Source of the DNA: Candidatus Latescibacterota bacterium
GTDB taxonomy: Bacteria; Latescibacterota; UBA2968; GCA-2709665
Assembly (NCBI GenBank): GCA_965237675.1
Contig: OZ250150.1
Location: 2,752,001 to 2,816,000 of the forward strand
DNA: 64,000 bases
Direction of reading: 5' to 3'
Of the stretch, positions 1 to 11,396 are shown piece after piece. Every line of letters begins with the position of its first letter. Position 1 is the stretch's first letter. Both the position numbers and the translations under genes were made by a program. The notes under the pieces are model-generated. The model was not told the origin of the DNA. It did no database searches and worked only from the letters and a program-made list of their open reading frames with translations.

Positions 1-1791
1 CGAATTCAGACGGGGCTGACCGGCCGGTCCACGAGTCGGCGTCTGGCCAGGCGGCAGAAGCAGGAGCGGCGCGAAGCGGAACGTACGGAACGTATCCTGC
101 TCGAGGACACGGAAGAAGCCGGGCGCGAGACCGAGTCGGAACCCCTTGGCGATCCCGACGCAGCCGCCACCGAGCCGTCTCTCTTGTACGAAGACGAGAC
201 GGGCGAGTCGGAAGAGGGACCGGCGGTTTCTCTCGACCCCGGCATCGTTGCCGACCCCGTGGAAATACCCAGGTCGACCGGACGGAAGACGACGGCGGAG
301 AAGCGGCGGTCCGAGGATGTGCCGTATCAGCTGCCGGACCTGGAGTTGCTGAATGAACCCACCGAAGCGCAAGAGGGCCCCGACCGGTCGTTTCTGCTGG
401 AAGGGGCGCAGACCCTCGAACACAGCCTCAGCAGTTTTGGTATCGAGGGTAAGGTGGTACAGGTGAATCCGGGTCCTGTGGTTACCGGATACGAGGTACA
501 GCCACCCCGCGGGGTGAAGGTGAACCGCATTGTCAATCTTTCGGACGACCTCGCGCTGGTGATGAAGGCGCGGAGTATCCGGATTCAGGCGCCGATTCCC
601 GGCAAGGCGGCCGTGGGCATTGAGGTGCCGAATGCGAATCCTTCAACTGTCTTCCTGAGAGAGATTCTGGAATCCGACGCCTTTCAGGGTGCGGATGACA
701 AGCTGATGTTGGCGCTGGGCAAGTCCGCCACCGGAGAATCCGTCTGCGCGAACCTGGCTTCCATGCCGCACCTGTTGATTGCCGGCGCTACGGGAAGCGG
801 GAAATCGGTATGCGTCAATGCTCTGATTACCAGCATCCTGGTGCGGTGCAGCCCCGAGGAGGTCCGCTTCATCATGGTGGATCCGAAGATGCTGGAACTG
901 GCGATCTACAACAGCATTCCACATCTGCTGGCGCCGGTTGTCACGGAACCTCAAAAAGCGTCCGAGGCGTTGAGGTGGGCTGTGTCGGAGATGGAAGACC
1001 GTTATCGAAATCTGGCGCAGTACAAAGTACGGAATATCACGGATTTCAACAACAGGCTGGAAAAGATGCGCGCGGAGGCGGAGTCCGAAGAAGACAAGGA
1101 GGAAGTTCCCCCGTTGTTGCCCTATATCGTGGTTGTGGTCGACGAACTCGCGGATCTGATGATGACGGCGCCCGCTGATATCGAGGATTCCCTGGCCCGG
1201 TTGGCGCAGATGGCGCGTGCAGTTGGCATCCATCTAATCCTGGCGACACAGCGGCCGTCTGTAAATGTGATAACGGGCACGATCAAGGCGAACTTTCCGT
1301 CGCGCATTGCATTTCGGGTGGCATCCAAGGTGGATTCGCGTACAATCCTGGATTGCAACGGCGCCGAGAAGCTTCTGGGGCGTGGCGATATGCTCTTTAT
1401 GCCGGCGGGCAAGCCGGAGCCCATACGCGTCCACGGCGCGAATTTGACAACGGAGGAGACGGAACGTCTTGTGGAATGTGCGGGTGGCCAGGGCGTAGTA
1501 CTCGAGCAACTGGACCTGGGCGTGGACGAAAACGAACTGATGCTTGCCGAGGGGGCCCGCGACAAGCGGTTCGACGAAGCGCTTCGTCTGGTCGTTACCC
1601 ATCAGCAGGGCTCGGCCTCATTGCTCCAGCGCCGCATGAAGGTGGGGTATGCCCGCGCCGCGCGTCTGGTGGATGAATTGGAACAGGCCGGAATTGTCGG
1701 TCCGTCGGACGGGAGCAGCAAGGGACGGGAGGTGCTTGTCGGCCTGGAGTATCTGGAACGGCACGAAGAGGATGAACTGGATGCGGTATGA
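1..1791 (+). CDS. ftsK: DNA translocase FtsK/SpoIIIE (5' partial; frame open from base 1)
   Basis: Walker A GATGSGKS, VVDELADLMM, LAQMARAVGIHLILATQRPS, C-terminal gamma domain (SASLLQRRMKVGYARAARLVDELE). Confidence 0.97.
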   Translation, partial: RIQTGLTGRSTSRRLARRQKQERREAERTERILLEDTEEAGRETESEPLGDPDAAATEPSLLYEDETGESEEGPAVSLDPGIVADPVEIPRSTGRKTTAEKRRSEDVPYQLPDLELLNEPTEAQEGPDRSFLLEGAQTLEHSLSSFGIEGKVVQVNPGPVVTGYEVQPPRGVKVNRIVNLSDDLALVMKARSIRIQAPIPGKAAVGIEVPNANPSTVFLREILESDAFQGADDKLMLALGKSATGESVCANLASMPHLLIAGATGSGKSVCVNALITSILVRCSPEEVRFIMVDPKMLELAIYNSIPHLLAPVVTEPQKASEALRWAVSEMEDRYRNLAQYKVRNITDFNNRLEKMRAEAESEEDKEEVPPLLPYIVVVVDELADLMMTAPADIEDSLARLAQMARAVGIHLILATQRPSVNVITGTIKANFPSRIAFRVASKVDSRTILDCNGAEKLLGRGDMLFMPAGKPEPIRVHGANLTTEETERLVECAGGQGVVLEQLDLGVDENELMLAEGARDKRFDEALRLVVTHQQGSASLLQRRMKVGYARAARLVDELEQAGIVGPSDGSSKGREVLVGLEYLERHEEDELDAV

Positions 1792-1881
1792 ATTCCCGGT
1801 TGCGAACGGTGAAGGGCAACGTGCGACGGGCGAGGGGGTGCCCGTCGTGCTTCTGCCGGCGGTTTACACGAGGTGAGGCAC

Positions 1882-2541
1882 ATGTCCGCTGGACGGCTGA
1901 ACGTTCTGTTTCTGGTGGGCGCGGTCCTGATACCCGCGGACCTGTGGGGCATTGACGGGCGGGAAGTGATTCGCCGGCAGCAACAGCGTTATGAGAAACT
2001 CACGAGCATATCCGCACGGTTCAAGAAATACCACTACTGGAAACTCGTAGATCAGAAGACCGAACTGAGTGGTAACCTGTATGTGCAGAAACCGAATCGA
2101 TTTCGTTTCGAGACACGGGTGCAGACGGTAGTTTCGGACGGGGAGAGCGCCTGGAACTACACCCCGGAAAACGAGCAGGTGTTGTTGACCGGTTACGACC
2201 GGACAAAGGGCGACCGGAGTTACGAGAAGCTGCTATTCGACCTCATTCTGCTGGGAGGATACGAGGATCGCTACGTACCCCGGCTTGCCGGGGAGGAACG
2301 CGTGGACGGCAGGGGCTGTTATCGCGTGGAATTGACGGCCCGGCAGGAGGAGAGTTATATCGCCCGTGTCCGGCTGTGGGTAGACAGGAAGCTCTGGCTG
2401 GTCCGTCGGGCGGAGTATCTGAATCTGAACGAAGATGTGACCACCTACGAGATTTCCCGTTTGAAGGTGGACGGAAAACTGAAGCCGGATGTGTTCACTT
2501 TCGTGCCGCCGGAGGGCGTCGAGGTGATTGATTTGAGGTGA
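1882..2541 (+). CDS. lolA: Outer-membrane lipoprotein carrier LolA family protein
   Basis: Signal peptide, KPNRFRFE and VVSDG..W.Y motifs, C-terminal FTFVPPEGVEVID; follows ftsK as is typical. Confidence 0.88.
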   Translation: MSAGRLNVLFLVGAVLIPADLWGIDGREVIRRQQQRYEKLTSISARFKKYHYWKLVDQKTELSGNLYVQKPNRFRFETRVQTVVSDGESAWNYTPENEQVLLTGYDRTKGDRSYEKLLFDLILLGGYEDRYVPRLAGEERVDGRGCYRVELTARQEESYIARVRLWVDRKLWLVRRAEYLNLNEDVTTYEISRLKVDGKLKPDVFTFVPPEGVEVIDLR

Positions 2542-2655
2542 TTCGGGGATCGGAAGCGGGGAACGAGGCGTCGGACAGAACCGGCCGAACGAATCGTCGC
2601 GGAAGGGGATGTACCCCGGCACCGGTTCTTTCACAACTGAAAGGAGTTCGCGTTT

Positions 2656-3772
2656 ATGGCTGTGGATATGCAATTTACCGACATGAAATCCAGCTTGGCC
2701 GAATGCCGGGATCGGCTGGAAAACCTCCGGAGGCATCTTTGACCTGGGATCCCGGGAAGCCCACATTGCCGAACTGGAAAGCTTGATGGAGCGTCCGGGA
2801 TTCTGGGACGATCGGGAACGGGCAAGGCAGATTATCGATGAAGTGAATGGTCATAAGGATTGGGTAACCGGATGGCGGGGGCTGGATGAGCGGCTGGTGG
2901 AACTGGATGAGTTCTACCATCTGGCCCGCGAAGAGCAGGACGAAGAGACACTGCGGGATCTCCACCGGGAACAGCGGGCGCTGGAAGGGGCGCTTGAAGA
3001 ACTGGAGTTCCGGCATATGATGGGCGAGAAGGAGGATCGCCTGAATGCAATTCTGACGATCCATCCCGGTGCGGGCGGTACGGAATCGGCCGACTGGGCG
3101 CAGATGCTGATGAGGATGTACAGCCGGTGGGCCGAGCGACGCGGTTTCCAGGCGGACGTGCTGGATCTTCTTCCAGGGGAAACGGCTGGAATCAAGAGCG
3201 TGGCTATTGAGATGACGGGCGAGTACGCATACGGTTACCTGAAGTCTGAAATGGGCGTGCACCGGTTGGTTCGGCTGTCTCCGTTCGATTCCGGCGGCAG
3301 GCGTCACACGTCGTTTGCGTCGGTCTCCGTGTATCCCGAGGCGGAGGGCGATATCGAGGTGGAAATCCGGCCGGAGGATATCCGCGTGGATACCTATCGG
3401 TCCAGTGGGGCGGGTGGACAGCATGTGAACAAGACCGATTCAGCGGTACGGATTACACACCATCCGACGGGCATCGTGGTTCAGTGTCAGAACGAACGGT
3501 CGCAACACAAGAATCGAAACTCCGCGATGAAGATTCTTAAGGCCAGGTTGTATCAGCACTACAAGGAGAAGGAGGAGAAAGCCCGTGCGGAGATTGAGCG
3601 GGACAAGAAAAAGATCGAGTTCGGCAGCCAGGTCCGAAACTACGTATTTCATCCCTATCAGCTCGTTAAAGACCTTCGGACCGAGTTCGAAACATCCGGT
3701 GTTCAGGACGTAATGGACGGGGGGCTGGACGAATTCATGCGGGCGTTTCTCGAGCAGAAAGGCGGGACCTAA
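2656..3772 (+). CDS. prfB: Peptide chain release factor 2, programmed +1 frameshift at CTT TGA C (2737-2743)
   Basis: ATG 2656 after AAGGAG reads to CTT-TGA; internal SD CGGAGG at 2728-2733; +1 frame continues into the 2783-3772 ORF with SPF and GGQ motifs. Confidence 0.97.
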
Positions 3773-3789
3773 CTTAACGGCCAAAGGGC

Positions 3790-3818
3790 TTGACTTCCCT
3801 ATTTGTATTGATTATAAT
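3790..3818 (+). promoter_or_regulatory. sigma70-type promoter upstream of lysS
   Basis: TTGACT (3790-3795), 17 bp, TATAAT (3813-3818). Confidence 0.75.
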
Positions 3819-3891
3819 ATTTTCGGGTGTCGGACCCGGCCGCTGGCGGTAACAGATCAACCGGTTATTTTTTGTATTGGGAGGAATCCGT

Positions 3892-5436
3892 TTGGCTCAG
3901 GCAGGGGCGTCTTCCGCCCCGGAAGCGCAACTGGTTGCCCAGCGTTTGCAGAAGCTGGAGGCGATTCGAGAGATGGGCGTGGAGCCCTATCCGTATCGGT
4001 TCGACGTGACCCATCGCTCCGGGGAAGTCAGGGAGACGTTTCAGAAGCTTGAACAGGACGGGCGGGAAGTGACGGTGGCGGGGCGTCTCATGGCCAGAAG
4101 GGACCATGGCAAGTCGGCCTTTGCCGATCTTCTGGATGAAACGGGCCGGATTCAGATCTACGTAAGACGGGATGCGGTGGGGGAAAAGGCGTTCGATCTT
4201 TGGAAATTGCTCGATATTGGAGATTTCGTCGGGGTCGAGGGACCCGTATTTCGAACCCGAACGGGCGAGATGACCTTGAAGGTGCACGCGTTGGAACTGC
4301 TTTCCAAGGCCATTCGGCCGCTGCCGGTCCCCAAGGAAGAGGTGAAAGACGGGCAGCGGGTTGTCCACGATGCCTTCACCGACCCTGAACTGCGATACCG
4401 CCGCCGGTACCTGGACCTGACGTTGAATCCCGACGTGAAGGACGTGTTTCGCAAGCGGACGGCGACCTTTACCGCCATTCGCAATTTTTTTGACGCCCGC
4501 GGGTTCCTCGAGGCCGACACGCCGGTATTGCAGCCGCTTTATGGCGGCGCTTCGGCGCGGCCGTTCACGACCCATCACAATGCGCTCGACATGAAGCTCT
4601 ATCTGCGGATTTCGAACGAGCTTTATCTGAAGCGCCTGATCGTGGGCGGATTTGAAAGAGTTTACGAATTCAGCCGGGATTTCCGCAACGAAGGAATCGA
4701 CCGCACGCACAATCCCGAATTCACCATGCTGGAAGCCTATCAGGCGTACGCCGATTATACCGACATGATGGCGCTGACCGAGTCGCTGTTTGTATCGGTC
4801 GCCCAAACGGTTACGGGCGCGAGCACGGTCGTTTATCAGGGGCAGGAGATTGATCTTAGCCCGCCGTGGCGGAGGATGACCCTTCTAGACGCCATCAAAG
4901 CCTACGGCAATTTCGACGTGGCCGACGCTTCGGAGGAGGAATTGAGGAATATCTGCCGAAGCCTGGAACTTGAGGTGGACTCCCGCGCGCAGCGCGGTCA
5001 TCTGATGGATGAGATCTTTGAGGCGGTCGTACAGCCCCACCTGATTCAACCCACGTTCATTACGGATTACCCTGTGGAGATGTCGCCGTTGGCCAAGCGG
5101 CACCGGGAACACGCGGAACTCACGGAACGTTTCGAGCCGTTTATCTGCGGATGGGAGGCGGCCAACGCATTTTCTGAACTCAACGATCCCATCGACCAGC
5201 GGAAACGGTTCGCATACCAGGCCTCGTTGCGGGAAAAAGGGGACGAGGAGGCGCAGGTTTTAGACGCCGATTTCCTGAGGGCGATGGAATATGGCATGCC
5301 GCCTATGGGCGGAATGGGGTTTGGCGTGGACCGGCTTGTGATGCTTCTCACCGATGCGCGTTCAATTCGGGACGTGATTCTGTTTCCGCATATGCGTCCC
5401 GAGGAGGGCCGCTCGGAGATAGACGGAGATGCGTAG
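3892..5436 (+). CDS. lysS: Lysine--tRNA ligase (class II)
   Basis: OB-fold anticodon domain, YGGASARPF, FRNEGID..HNPEFT, YGMPPMGGMGFGVDRL; likely TTG start at 3892 after GGAGGA. Confidence 0.98.
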   Translation: MAQAGASSAPEAQLVAQRLQKLEAIREMGVEPYPYRFDVTHRSGEVRETFQKLEQDGREVTVAGRLMARRDHGKSAFADLLDETGRIQIYVRRDAVGEKAFDLWKLLDIGDFVGVEGPVFRTRTGEMTLKVHALELLSKAIRPLPVPKEEVKDGQRVVHDAFTDPELRYRRRYLDLTLNPDVKDVFRKRTATFTAIRNFFDARGFLEADTPVLQPLYGGASARPFTTHHNALDMKLYLRISNELYLKRLIVGGFERVYEFSRDFRNEGIDRTHNPEFTMLEAYQAYADYTDMMALTESLFVSVAQTVTGASTVVYQGQEIDLSPPWRRMTLLDAIKAYGNFDVADASEEELRNICRSLELEVDSRAQRGHLMDEIFEAVVQPHLIQPTFITDYPVEMSPLAKRHREHAELTERFEPFICGWEAANAFSELNDPIDQRKRFAYQASLREKGDEEAQVLDADFLRAMEYGMPPMGGMGFGVDRLVMLLTDARSIRDVILFPHMRPEEGRSEIDGDA

Positions 5437-6118
5437 CTTGCTGGAGGCTGCGGACCTGGTTAAGCATTACCGGGTCGGCTGTTCGGAAATACAGGTGCTC
5501 AAAGGCGTCGCCCTTTCCCTCGCGCAAGGCGAGGTGGTTGCGGTGGTTGGCCCTTCAGGCGTCGGGAAGAGCACGCTGCTGCACATTCTGGGTGGGCTGG
5601 ATCGCCCGACCCGTGGAACGGTTTGTGTCGACGGTATCGATGTCTTCGCACTGTCAGACACGGAGCGGGCACGGTTCCGAAACGAGTCGGTGGGGTTTGT
5701 ATTTCAGTTTCACCATTTGTTGAACGATTTTACCGCTGAAGAAAACGTGATGCTGCCCCTGATGATCCGGGGACGACCCGTGTCCGAAGCCCAGGCCGCA
5801 GCCGATGATCTGTTGAATTCCGTGGGGCTCTTCGAGCGCCGCCACCATCTGCCCTCGGAACTGTCCGGCGGAGAATCGCAGCGCATAGCCGTTGCCCGCG
5901 CCCTGGTAGGGCGGCCCAAGCTGGTGCTGGCGGACGAACCTTCGGGCAATCTCGACGTGGAACACAGCAGAGAACTGCACGATCTGATCTGGAACCTGGC
6001 CAGCAGTCTGAAACAGGCTTTTTTGATCGCCACGCACGACCAGACGCTGGCCGCCAGGGCCGATCGGATCATTCGCATGGAAGACGGAAAAATCGTCCAG
6101 GAAGGGCAAAGCGGCTAG
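5429..6118 (+). CDS. lolD: LolD-like ABC transporter ATP-binding protein
   Basis: GPSGVGKST, GFVFQFHHLL, LSGGE, LADEPSGNLD; overlaps the lysS stop. Confidence 0.85.
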   Translation: MRSLLEAADLVKHYRVGCSEIQVLKGVALSLAQGEVVAVVGPSGVGKSTLLHILGGLDRPTRGTVCVDGIDVFALSDTERARFRNESVGFVFQFHHLLNDFTAEENVMLPLMIRGRPVSEAQAAADDLLNSVGLFERRHHLPSELSGGESQRIAVARALVGRPKLVLADEPSGNLDVEHSRELHDLIWNLASSLKQAFLIATHDQTLAARADRIIRMEDGKIVQEGQSG

Positions 6119-6221
6119 TGCCGGGCCCTGCGGACAAGGTGTCAATTTAACCGAAAGCCTCATCGGGCAGTCGAGACATGACCCACGGGTCACGTCAGAG
6201 GGTCCAGAGGAGACGAATCCC

Positions 6222-8693
6222 ATGAATAGCAGGTTCTCGGATCGGGTGAAACGGGTGATGCGGCTGGTACGCGAAGAGGCCGCCCGGCTTGGCAATAATC
6301 ATATCAGCAGCGAGCATCTATTGCTCGGCATTATCCGGGAGGGAAAGGGTTCGGCCGTCAATGTGATGTTGAACCTGGGATTGAATCTGGATAAGATCAA
6401 AGGGTCAATCGACGACTATGTCGCATATTCCGGCGGGTCGATGACGATGGGCGACGTGCCCTTCACGCCACGGGCGAAACAGATTCTTGAAATTGCGGCT
6501 ACCGAAGCCAAAGAGATGAAGAGCCAATATGTTCGAACCTGTCATCTGCTGGTGGCGCTGGTGAAGGACAAAGAGACGATTGCCGCGCAGATTCTCGTAG
6601 GGTTTGGTGTCGACTATAAGACCGTGAAGGAGGAGGTGATTGCTGTTTTGCAGGGGAAACCGACGGGTAAACGCGAAAAGAAGAAAAGCAAGACCCCCTA
6701 TCTGGATCATTTCGGTCGCGATCTGACGGAACTGGCGCGCGAAGGCAAGCTGGATCCGGTCATTGGCAGAGAGCGGGAGATCGAACGGGTGTCTCAGGTG
6801 CTCAGCCGGCGCAAAAAGAACAACCCGGTGCTGATCGGCGAACCCGGGGTGGGGAAAACGGCCATCGTCGAAGGACTTGCCCAACGCATCGTGGAGCGCC
6901 GCGTGCCCCAGTTGTTGGCAGACAAACGCATGGTTACGCTGGATATGGGCGGCATGGTCGCGGGCACCAAATACCGGGGTCAATTCGAAGAGCGCATCAA
7001 GGCGGTGATGAACGAACTTCAGCAGAGCCAGGACGTGATTATCTTTATCGACGAGTTACATACCATCGTGGGCGCCGGAAGTGCCGAGGGAACCCTGGAC
7101 GCCTCCAATATGTTCAAACCGGCGTTTTCGCGAGGCGAACTTCAGTGCATAGGCGCAACGACGTTGGACGAATACCGAAAATATATCGAGAAGGACGGCG
7201 CGTTGGAACGGCGTTTTCAGACCATCCTGGTCGATTCGCCCTCGGTGGACGACGCAATTGATATCCTCAAGGGCCTGAAGGAAAGATTCGAAACCCACCA
7301 TATGGTAACCTATACGGAAGACGCCGTTGAGAGCGCCGTCCGTATGGCCGACCGGTATATCAGCGACCGGCACCTGCCGGACAAAGCAATCGACGTAATC
7401 GATGAAACAGGATCCCGTGTGCGCCTCGGCCGGTTGAATCCGCCCGAAGAAATCAAGGCACTTGAACTGGAAATCGAGGACATTACAAGGCAGAAAAACG
7501 CGGCTGCAAACAGCCAGCAGTTCGAAGAGGCCGCCAAACTCAGAGACCAGGAGCGGAAGCTGAAGGAACAGGTCGATGAAATGCGGCAGGAGTGGGAGCA
7601 GAAGGTTCGTGACGAAGTGGTGGAGGTGACGGATCAGGATATCGCGGAAGTGATTTCCAGCATGACGGGGATTCCCGCGTTCCGGCTGGCTCAGGAGGAG
7701 TCCGAGAAGCTGCTTCGCATGGGAGACACGATGAAGAGCCGGGTGGTCGGCCAGAGCGAAGCGGTGGACACGGTCTGCCGCTCCATCCGGCGCACACGAG
7801 CCGGACTGAAGGACCCGAATCGCCCGATCGGCACGTTTCTCTTTCTGGGACCGACGGGTGTGGGCAAAACCTATTTGGCGCAGGCGCTCGCCAAGTGCCT
7901 GTTCGACGACGAGGAAACGCTCATCACGGTAGATATGTCGGAGTACATGGAGAAATTCGCGGTGTCCCGTCTTATCGGCGCGCCACCTGGTTATGTGGGT
8001 TACGACGAGGGCGGCCAACTGACCGAAAAGGTTCGCAGAAAACCCTATTCGGTGGTTCTTCTGGACGAGATTGAAAAGGCCCATCCGGATGTATTCAACC
8101 TGCTTTTGCAGGTCCTCGACGAGGGACGCCTGACCGATAGTTTTGGCCGAAAAGTCAACTTCAAGAATACGATATTGATTATGACCTCCAATCTCGGAAC
8201 GCGAGACCTGGCGAAGGCCGGGGGGCTCGGATTCAAGCGGTCCGGCAGAAAGAGCATTCGGGAGAAGATCAAGGAGCGTGTTGAAGAGGAACTCAAAAAG
8301 ACGTTCAATCCCGAGTTCCTGAATCGGCTCGACGAAATGGTGGTCTTCAATCCCCTCGATCGAAAAGAGATTATCCAGATTGTGGACCTCGAAATCGCTG
8401 AAATATTCGATCGCCTCAAGGAGAGGGATATAACAATCAGCCTCACACCCGGAGCCAAGGCGCTTCTGGCGGAAAAGGGGTACGACCCCACTTACGGAGC
8501 GCGTCAGCTGAAACGCACCATTCAGAAGTTGGTGGAAGATCCGATGGCGGAAGAGATATTACAGGGCAAGTACACGGCGGGGAGCGCGGTGCGCGTCAGC
8601 AAGAAGGGTGACGGGCTCAATTTTGTGGATGCCAGCGGAGTCGCCCGAGCCGCCGCCGCCCAAGAAGTGGTGGACCGTGTTACGGAGGATTGA
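6222..8693 (+). CDS. clpC: ATP-dependent Clp protease ATP-binding subunit ClpC
   Basis: Clp-N repeats, two AAA+ modules ([16 protein letters not shown]), UVR middle domain, LGF ClpP-binding loop. Confidence 0.93.
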   Translation: MNSRFSDRVKRVMRLVREEAARLGNNHISSEHLLLGIIREGKGSAVNVMLNLGLNLDKIKGSIDDYVAYSGGSMTMGDVPFTPRAKQILEIAATEAKEMKSQYVRTCHLLVALVKDKETIAAQILVGFGVDYKTVKEEVIAVLQGKPTGKREKKKSKTPYLDHFGRDLTELAREGKLDPVIGREREIERVSQVLSRRKKNNPVLIGEPGVGKTAIVEGLAQRIVERRVPQLLADKRMVTLDMGGMVAGTKYRGQFEERIKAVMNELQQSQDVIIFIDELHTIVGAGSAEGTLDASNMFKPAFSRGELQCIGATTLDEYRKYIEKDGALERRFQTILVDSPSVDDAIDILKGLKERFETHHMVTYTEDAVESAVRMADRYISDRHLPDKAIDVIDETGSRVRLGRLNPPEEIKALELEIEDITRQKNAAANSQQFEEAAKLRDQERKLKEQVDEMRQEWEQKVRDEVVEVTDQDIAEVISSMTGIPAFRLAQEESEKLLRMGDTMKSRVVGQSEAVDTVCRSIRRTRAGLKDPNRPIGTFLFLGPTGVGKTYLAQALAKCLFDDEETLITVDMSEYMEKFAVSRLIGAPPGYVGYDEGGQLTEKVRRKPYSVVLLDEIEKAHPDVFNLLLQVLDEGRLTDSFGRKVNFKNTILIMTSNLGTRDLAKAGGLGFKRSGRKSIREKIKERVEEELKKTFNPEFLNRLDEMVVFNPLDRKEIIQIVDLEIAEIFDRLKERDITISLTPGAKALLAEKGYDPTYGARQLKRTIQKLVEDPMAEEILQGKYTAGSAVRVSKKGDGLNFVDASGVARAAAAQEVVDRVTED

Positions 8694-8748
8694 AACGGCG
8701 CATGGGCGTGTTGTCGGTTTTGTCCTGGTTTTACTGCGATCATGACCC

Positions 8749-8781
8749 ATTGGGTCCGGACGTACGCCCGGACCCAATTTT
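8749..8781 (+). terminator. Probable intrinsic terminator after clpC
   Basis: ATTGGGTCCGG / CCGGACCCAAT 11-bp stem followed by a short T run. Confidence 0.6.
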
Positions 8782-8799
8782 GCCGTACAGGCCCCGAAC

Positions 8800-8996
8800 T
8801 AGTGTCCCGTCCCCGACAATATTTCACCATTCATCCGCCGATTCATCCCGTCTCGCTACGTTGCTTGCGCTGAGCTTGTCGAAGTGCCTTCGCTCGGCGA
8901 CCTCGCTCAGGCGCCGGTTCCTGAGCCTGTCGAAGGATGCGAGCCGGGCGACTCGACGGCCGAATTTAGGCAATCTATTTCAGGGACAGAACACTA
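8800..8996. mobile_element. MITE-like element with imperfect ~20-bp terminal inverted repeats and TA at both ends
   Basis: Left TAGTGTCCCGTCCCCGACAATA vs reverse complement of right end TAGTGTTCTGTCCCTGAAATA; internal CTGAGC(T/C)TGTCGAAG repeats. Confidence 0.6.
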
Positions 8997-9011
8997 ACAG
9001 GAACTTTTGAT

Positions 9012-11396
9012 GTGACGGAGCGTTTGTTCGATTGTGACGGGCGTGGGCTCTGGCTGAAAATCGCTGAATTTCGTAAGCTGACATTGTGGAGGCGAACGGC
9101 TTTGTTGGGAATCCTTTTCGGATGTCTTTTGGTGCTGCTGGACCTCGTGTCCCCCCGGGCGGCTAACGCCCAGGAAGCACCCGTTATTTCCGAGATCAGA
9201 GTCGAGGGTAATCGGGTCACGGAGGCATCACTGGTCCGGTTCTCCTCGGGCCTGGCCGAAGGACAGCGCCTGGTGTTGCCGGATGACCCGCCCCGCGTGA
9301 TTCGCAATCTCCACCGCTTGAATATTTTTTCAGACATCCGGGTCTACGCCGATCCGGACGTGGACGAAGGCGTAGCCGTTGTGATTGTCGTGAAGGAATA
9401 TCCCAAGCTGGACGATGTGCGTTTCGAAGGCAACAAGGCGATCAAATCGAAGAAACTCAAGAAAACACTGGCTTTCATAGAGAGACAGTGGCTTTCACCG
9501 CATGAAGTCAGGCGCGCGGAAAACAAGATCGTGGACTTGTACAAGGAGGATGGGTTTCTCCTTGCCAGCGTCGAAGGGACACAGGGCGAACCGAATGATG
9601 AAGGCCAGGTCATCCTCGTATTCAGAGTGAACGAGGGGCTCAAGGTGAAGCTGCGCCGTATTCGGTTCTTTGGCAATCAGGCGTTCGAGGGCAAGAATCT
9701 GCGAAAGGTGATGAAGCAGACCAAGCAGGTCGGGGGAATTCTGCGCCGGAATGAGTTCGCCGAAGATACCTACCAGGAAGACAGACTGGCGCTGCTGGCC
9801 TTCTACCAGTCGAATGGATATCGCAATGCGGATATTCTGCGCGACAGTCTGTATTACGACGACGCAAAGGCGAATCTTTTTATAGATATGTACCTGGATG
9901 AAGGGCCCCTGTACAAGTTCGGCAAGATTACATGGGAGGGAAACGAACGCGTTAAGGACGCGGGTATCCAAAGGCTGATTGTTGCCAAGGAAGGGGACGT
10001 GTACAGTTCGGAACAGAAGAACAAATCCCAGGAGGACATTCAGAATCTTTACAGTGATATCGGTCATATCACGGCATCCGTCGCCGTTCAGGAGAGATTG
10101 GCCGAGACACCGCACACGATCAACGTGTACTTCGACATTGTGGAGAACAAACCCTGGAAGATCCGGCAGGTTACCATTACGGGCAATACCAAGACAAAGG
10201 ACAACGTGATCCGCCGGGAACTCTGGATTCGTCCGGGCCAGACCTTTCGAAGGTCGGGTATTGAACGCAGTGTCCGGAATATTCAACAGTTGAACTATTT
10301 CGGCAACGTGGTGCCGGAACTGAAACCTGTGGAGGAGTCATCGGAACTGGATGTGATTCTTGCGGTGGAGGAGAAGTCGACCGGCACGGCGTCCGTCGGC
10401 GCGGGCTATAGCCAGTACGACGGCCTGCTCGGGACCATTGCGCTTCAGATTCCGAATTTTATGGGTAATGGACAGCAGCTGGAATTCCAGCTGGAGTTCG
10501 GGGACCGGCGAAGGACCTTCCGGACCGGTTTTACGGAACCCTGGTTGTTCAACACACCCACCAGTTTGTCGGGTCTGCTTTTCCGTGACACCCGACGGTA
10601 TTTCAGTGGGTTCGATCAACTCAGGCAGGGCACGGTGACGACCGTGGGGCGCCGGTTGGCCTGGCCGGACTTTTCAAGGGTTTCAGTCGGGTACCGGATC
10701 GAGCAGGTCAAGTTCCGGAATTTTTCGGAAGATATCGACCGTCCCGAAGACACGTCGTTACGCGACAACGTAACCAGCAGCATGAATCTGAACTTTACGC
10801 GTAACAGCCGGGATCTTCCGGTGTTTGCAACGAGTGGTTCCGTTTTTTCCTACTCGCCGACCTTTGCCGGCGGCCCTCTGGGTGGCAATACGGACTTTCT
10901 TAAACACGATTTCGTGACCAGTTTCTATTTTCCCGTGGCTTGGCGGTTTGCGCTCAACCTGAAGACCACCATCGGTCTCGTGAGGCCTTTCAACGACTCC
11001 CTGGTGCCGTTCAATGAGCGGTATACGCCCGGCGGGGTGAGTATTTTTGAAGGCACCATGGTTCGCGGATATCCGGAGCAATCGTTGGGTCCCCGGATAA
11101 ACGGCGTTCCGGACGGAGGAAACTCGCAGTTGCTGTTCAACCTCGAGATCACCCTGCCCGTTGTCCAACAACAGTTCTACGCCATTGCGTTCGCAGACGC
11201 CGGAAACGCGTGGGAAAGTATCTCGGAAACGAGTCTATTTGACTTGAGGCGGTCGTTGGGTGTCGGGTTTCGTATGATTGCGCCGGTTGTCGGCATTATG
11301 GGATTTGACTTTGCGTGGGGTTTTGACAGGCGGCGCGTAGACGGTCAAAAGCCCCAGATGGTGACGCATTTCCAGTTCGGTCCGCAGTTCTTCTAA
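9012..11396 (+). CDS. bamA: Outer membrane protein assembly factor BamA (start uncertain)
   Basis: POTRA repeats (GNTKTKDNVIRRE), VRGY motif, C-terminal beta-barrel ending in F; upstream of skp. Confidence 0.95.
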   Translation: MTERLFDCDGRGLWLKIAEFRKLTLWRRTALLGILFGCLLVLLDLVSPRAANAQEAPVISEIRVEGNRVTEASLVRFSSGLAEGQRLVLPDDPPRVIRNLHRLNIFSDIRVYADPDVDEGVAVVIVVKEYPKLDDVRFEGNKAIKSKKLKKTLAFIERQWLSPHEVRRAENKIVDLYKEDGFLLASVEGTQGEPNDEGQVILVFRVNEGLKVKLRRIRFFGNQAFEGKNLRKVMKQTKQVGGILRRNEFAEDTYQEDRLALLAFYQSNGYRNADILRDSLYYDDAKANLFIDMYLDEGPLYKFGKITWEGNERVKDAGIQRLIVAKEGDVYSSEQKNKSQEDIQNLYSDIGHITASVAVQERLAETPHTINVYFDIVENKPWKIRQVTITGNTKTKDNVIRRELWIRPGQTFRRSGIERSVRNIQQLNYFGNVVPELKPVEESSELDVILAVEEKSTGTASVGAGYSQYDGLLGTIALQIPNFMGNGQQLEFQLEFGDRRRTFRTGFTEPWLFNTPTSLSGLLFRDTRRYFSGFDQLRQGTVTTVGRRLAWPDFSRVSVGYRIEQVKFRNFSEDIDRPEDTSLRDNVTSSMNLNFTRNSRDLPVFATSGSVFSYSPTFAGGPLGGNTDFLKHDFVTSFYFPVAWRFALNLKTTIGLVRPFNDSLVPFNERYTPGGVSIFEGTMVRGYPEQSLGPRINGVPDGGNSQLLFNLEITLPVVQQQFYAIAFADAGNAWESISETSLFDLRRSLGVGFRMIAPVVGIMGFDFAWGFDRRRVDGQKPQMVTHFQFGPQFF

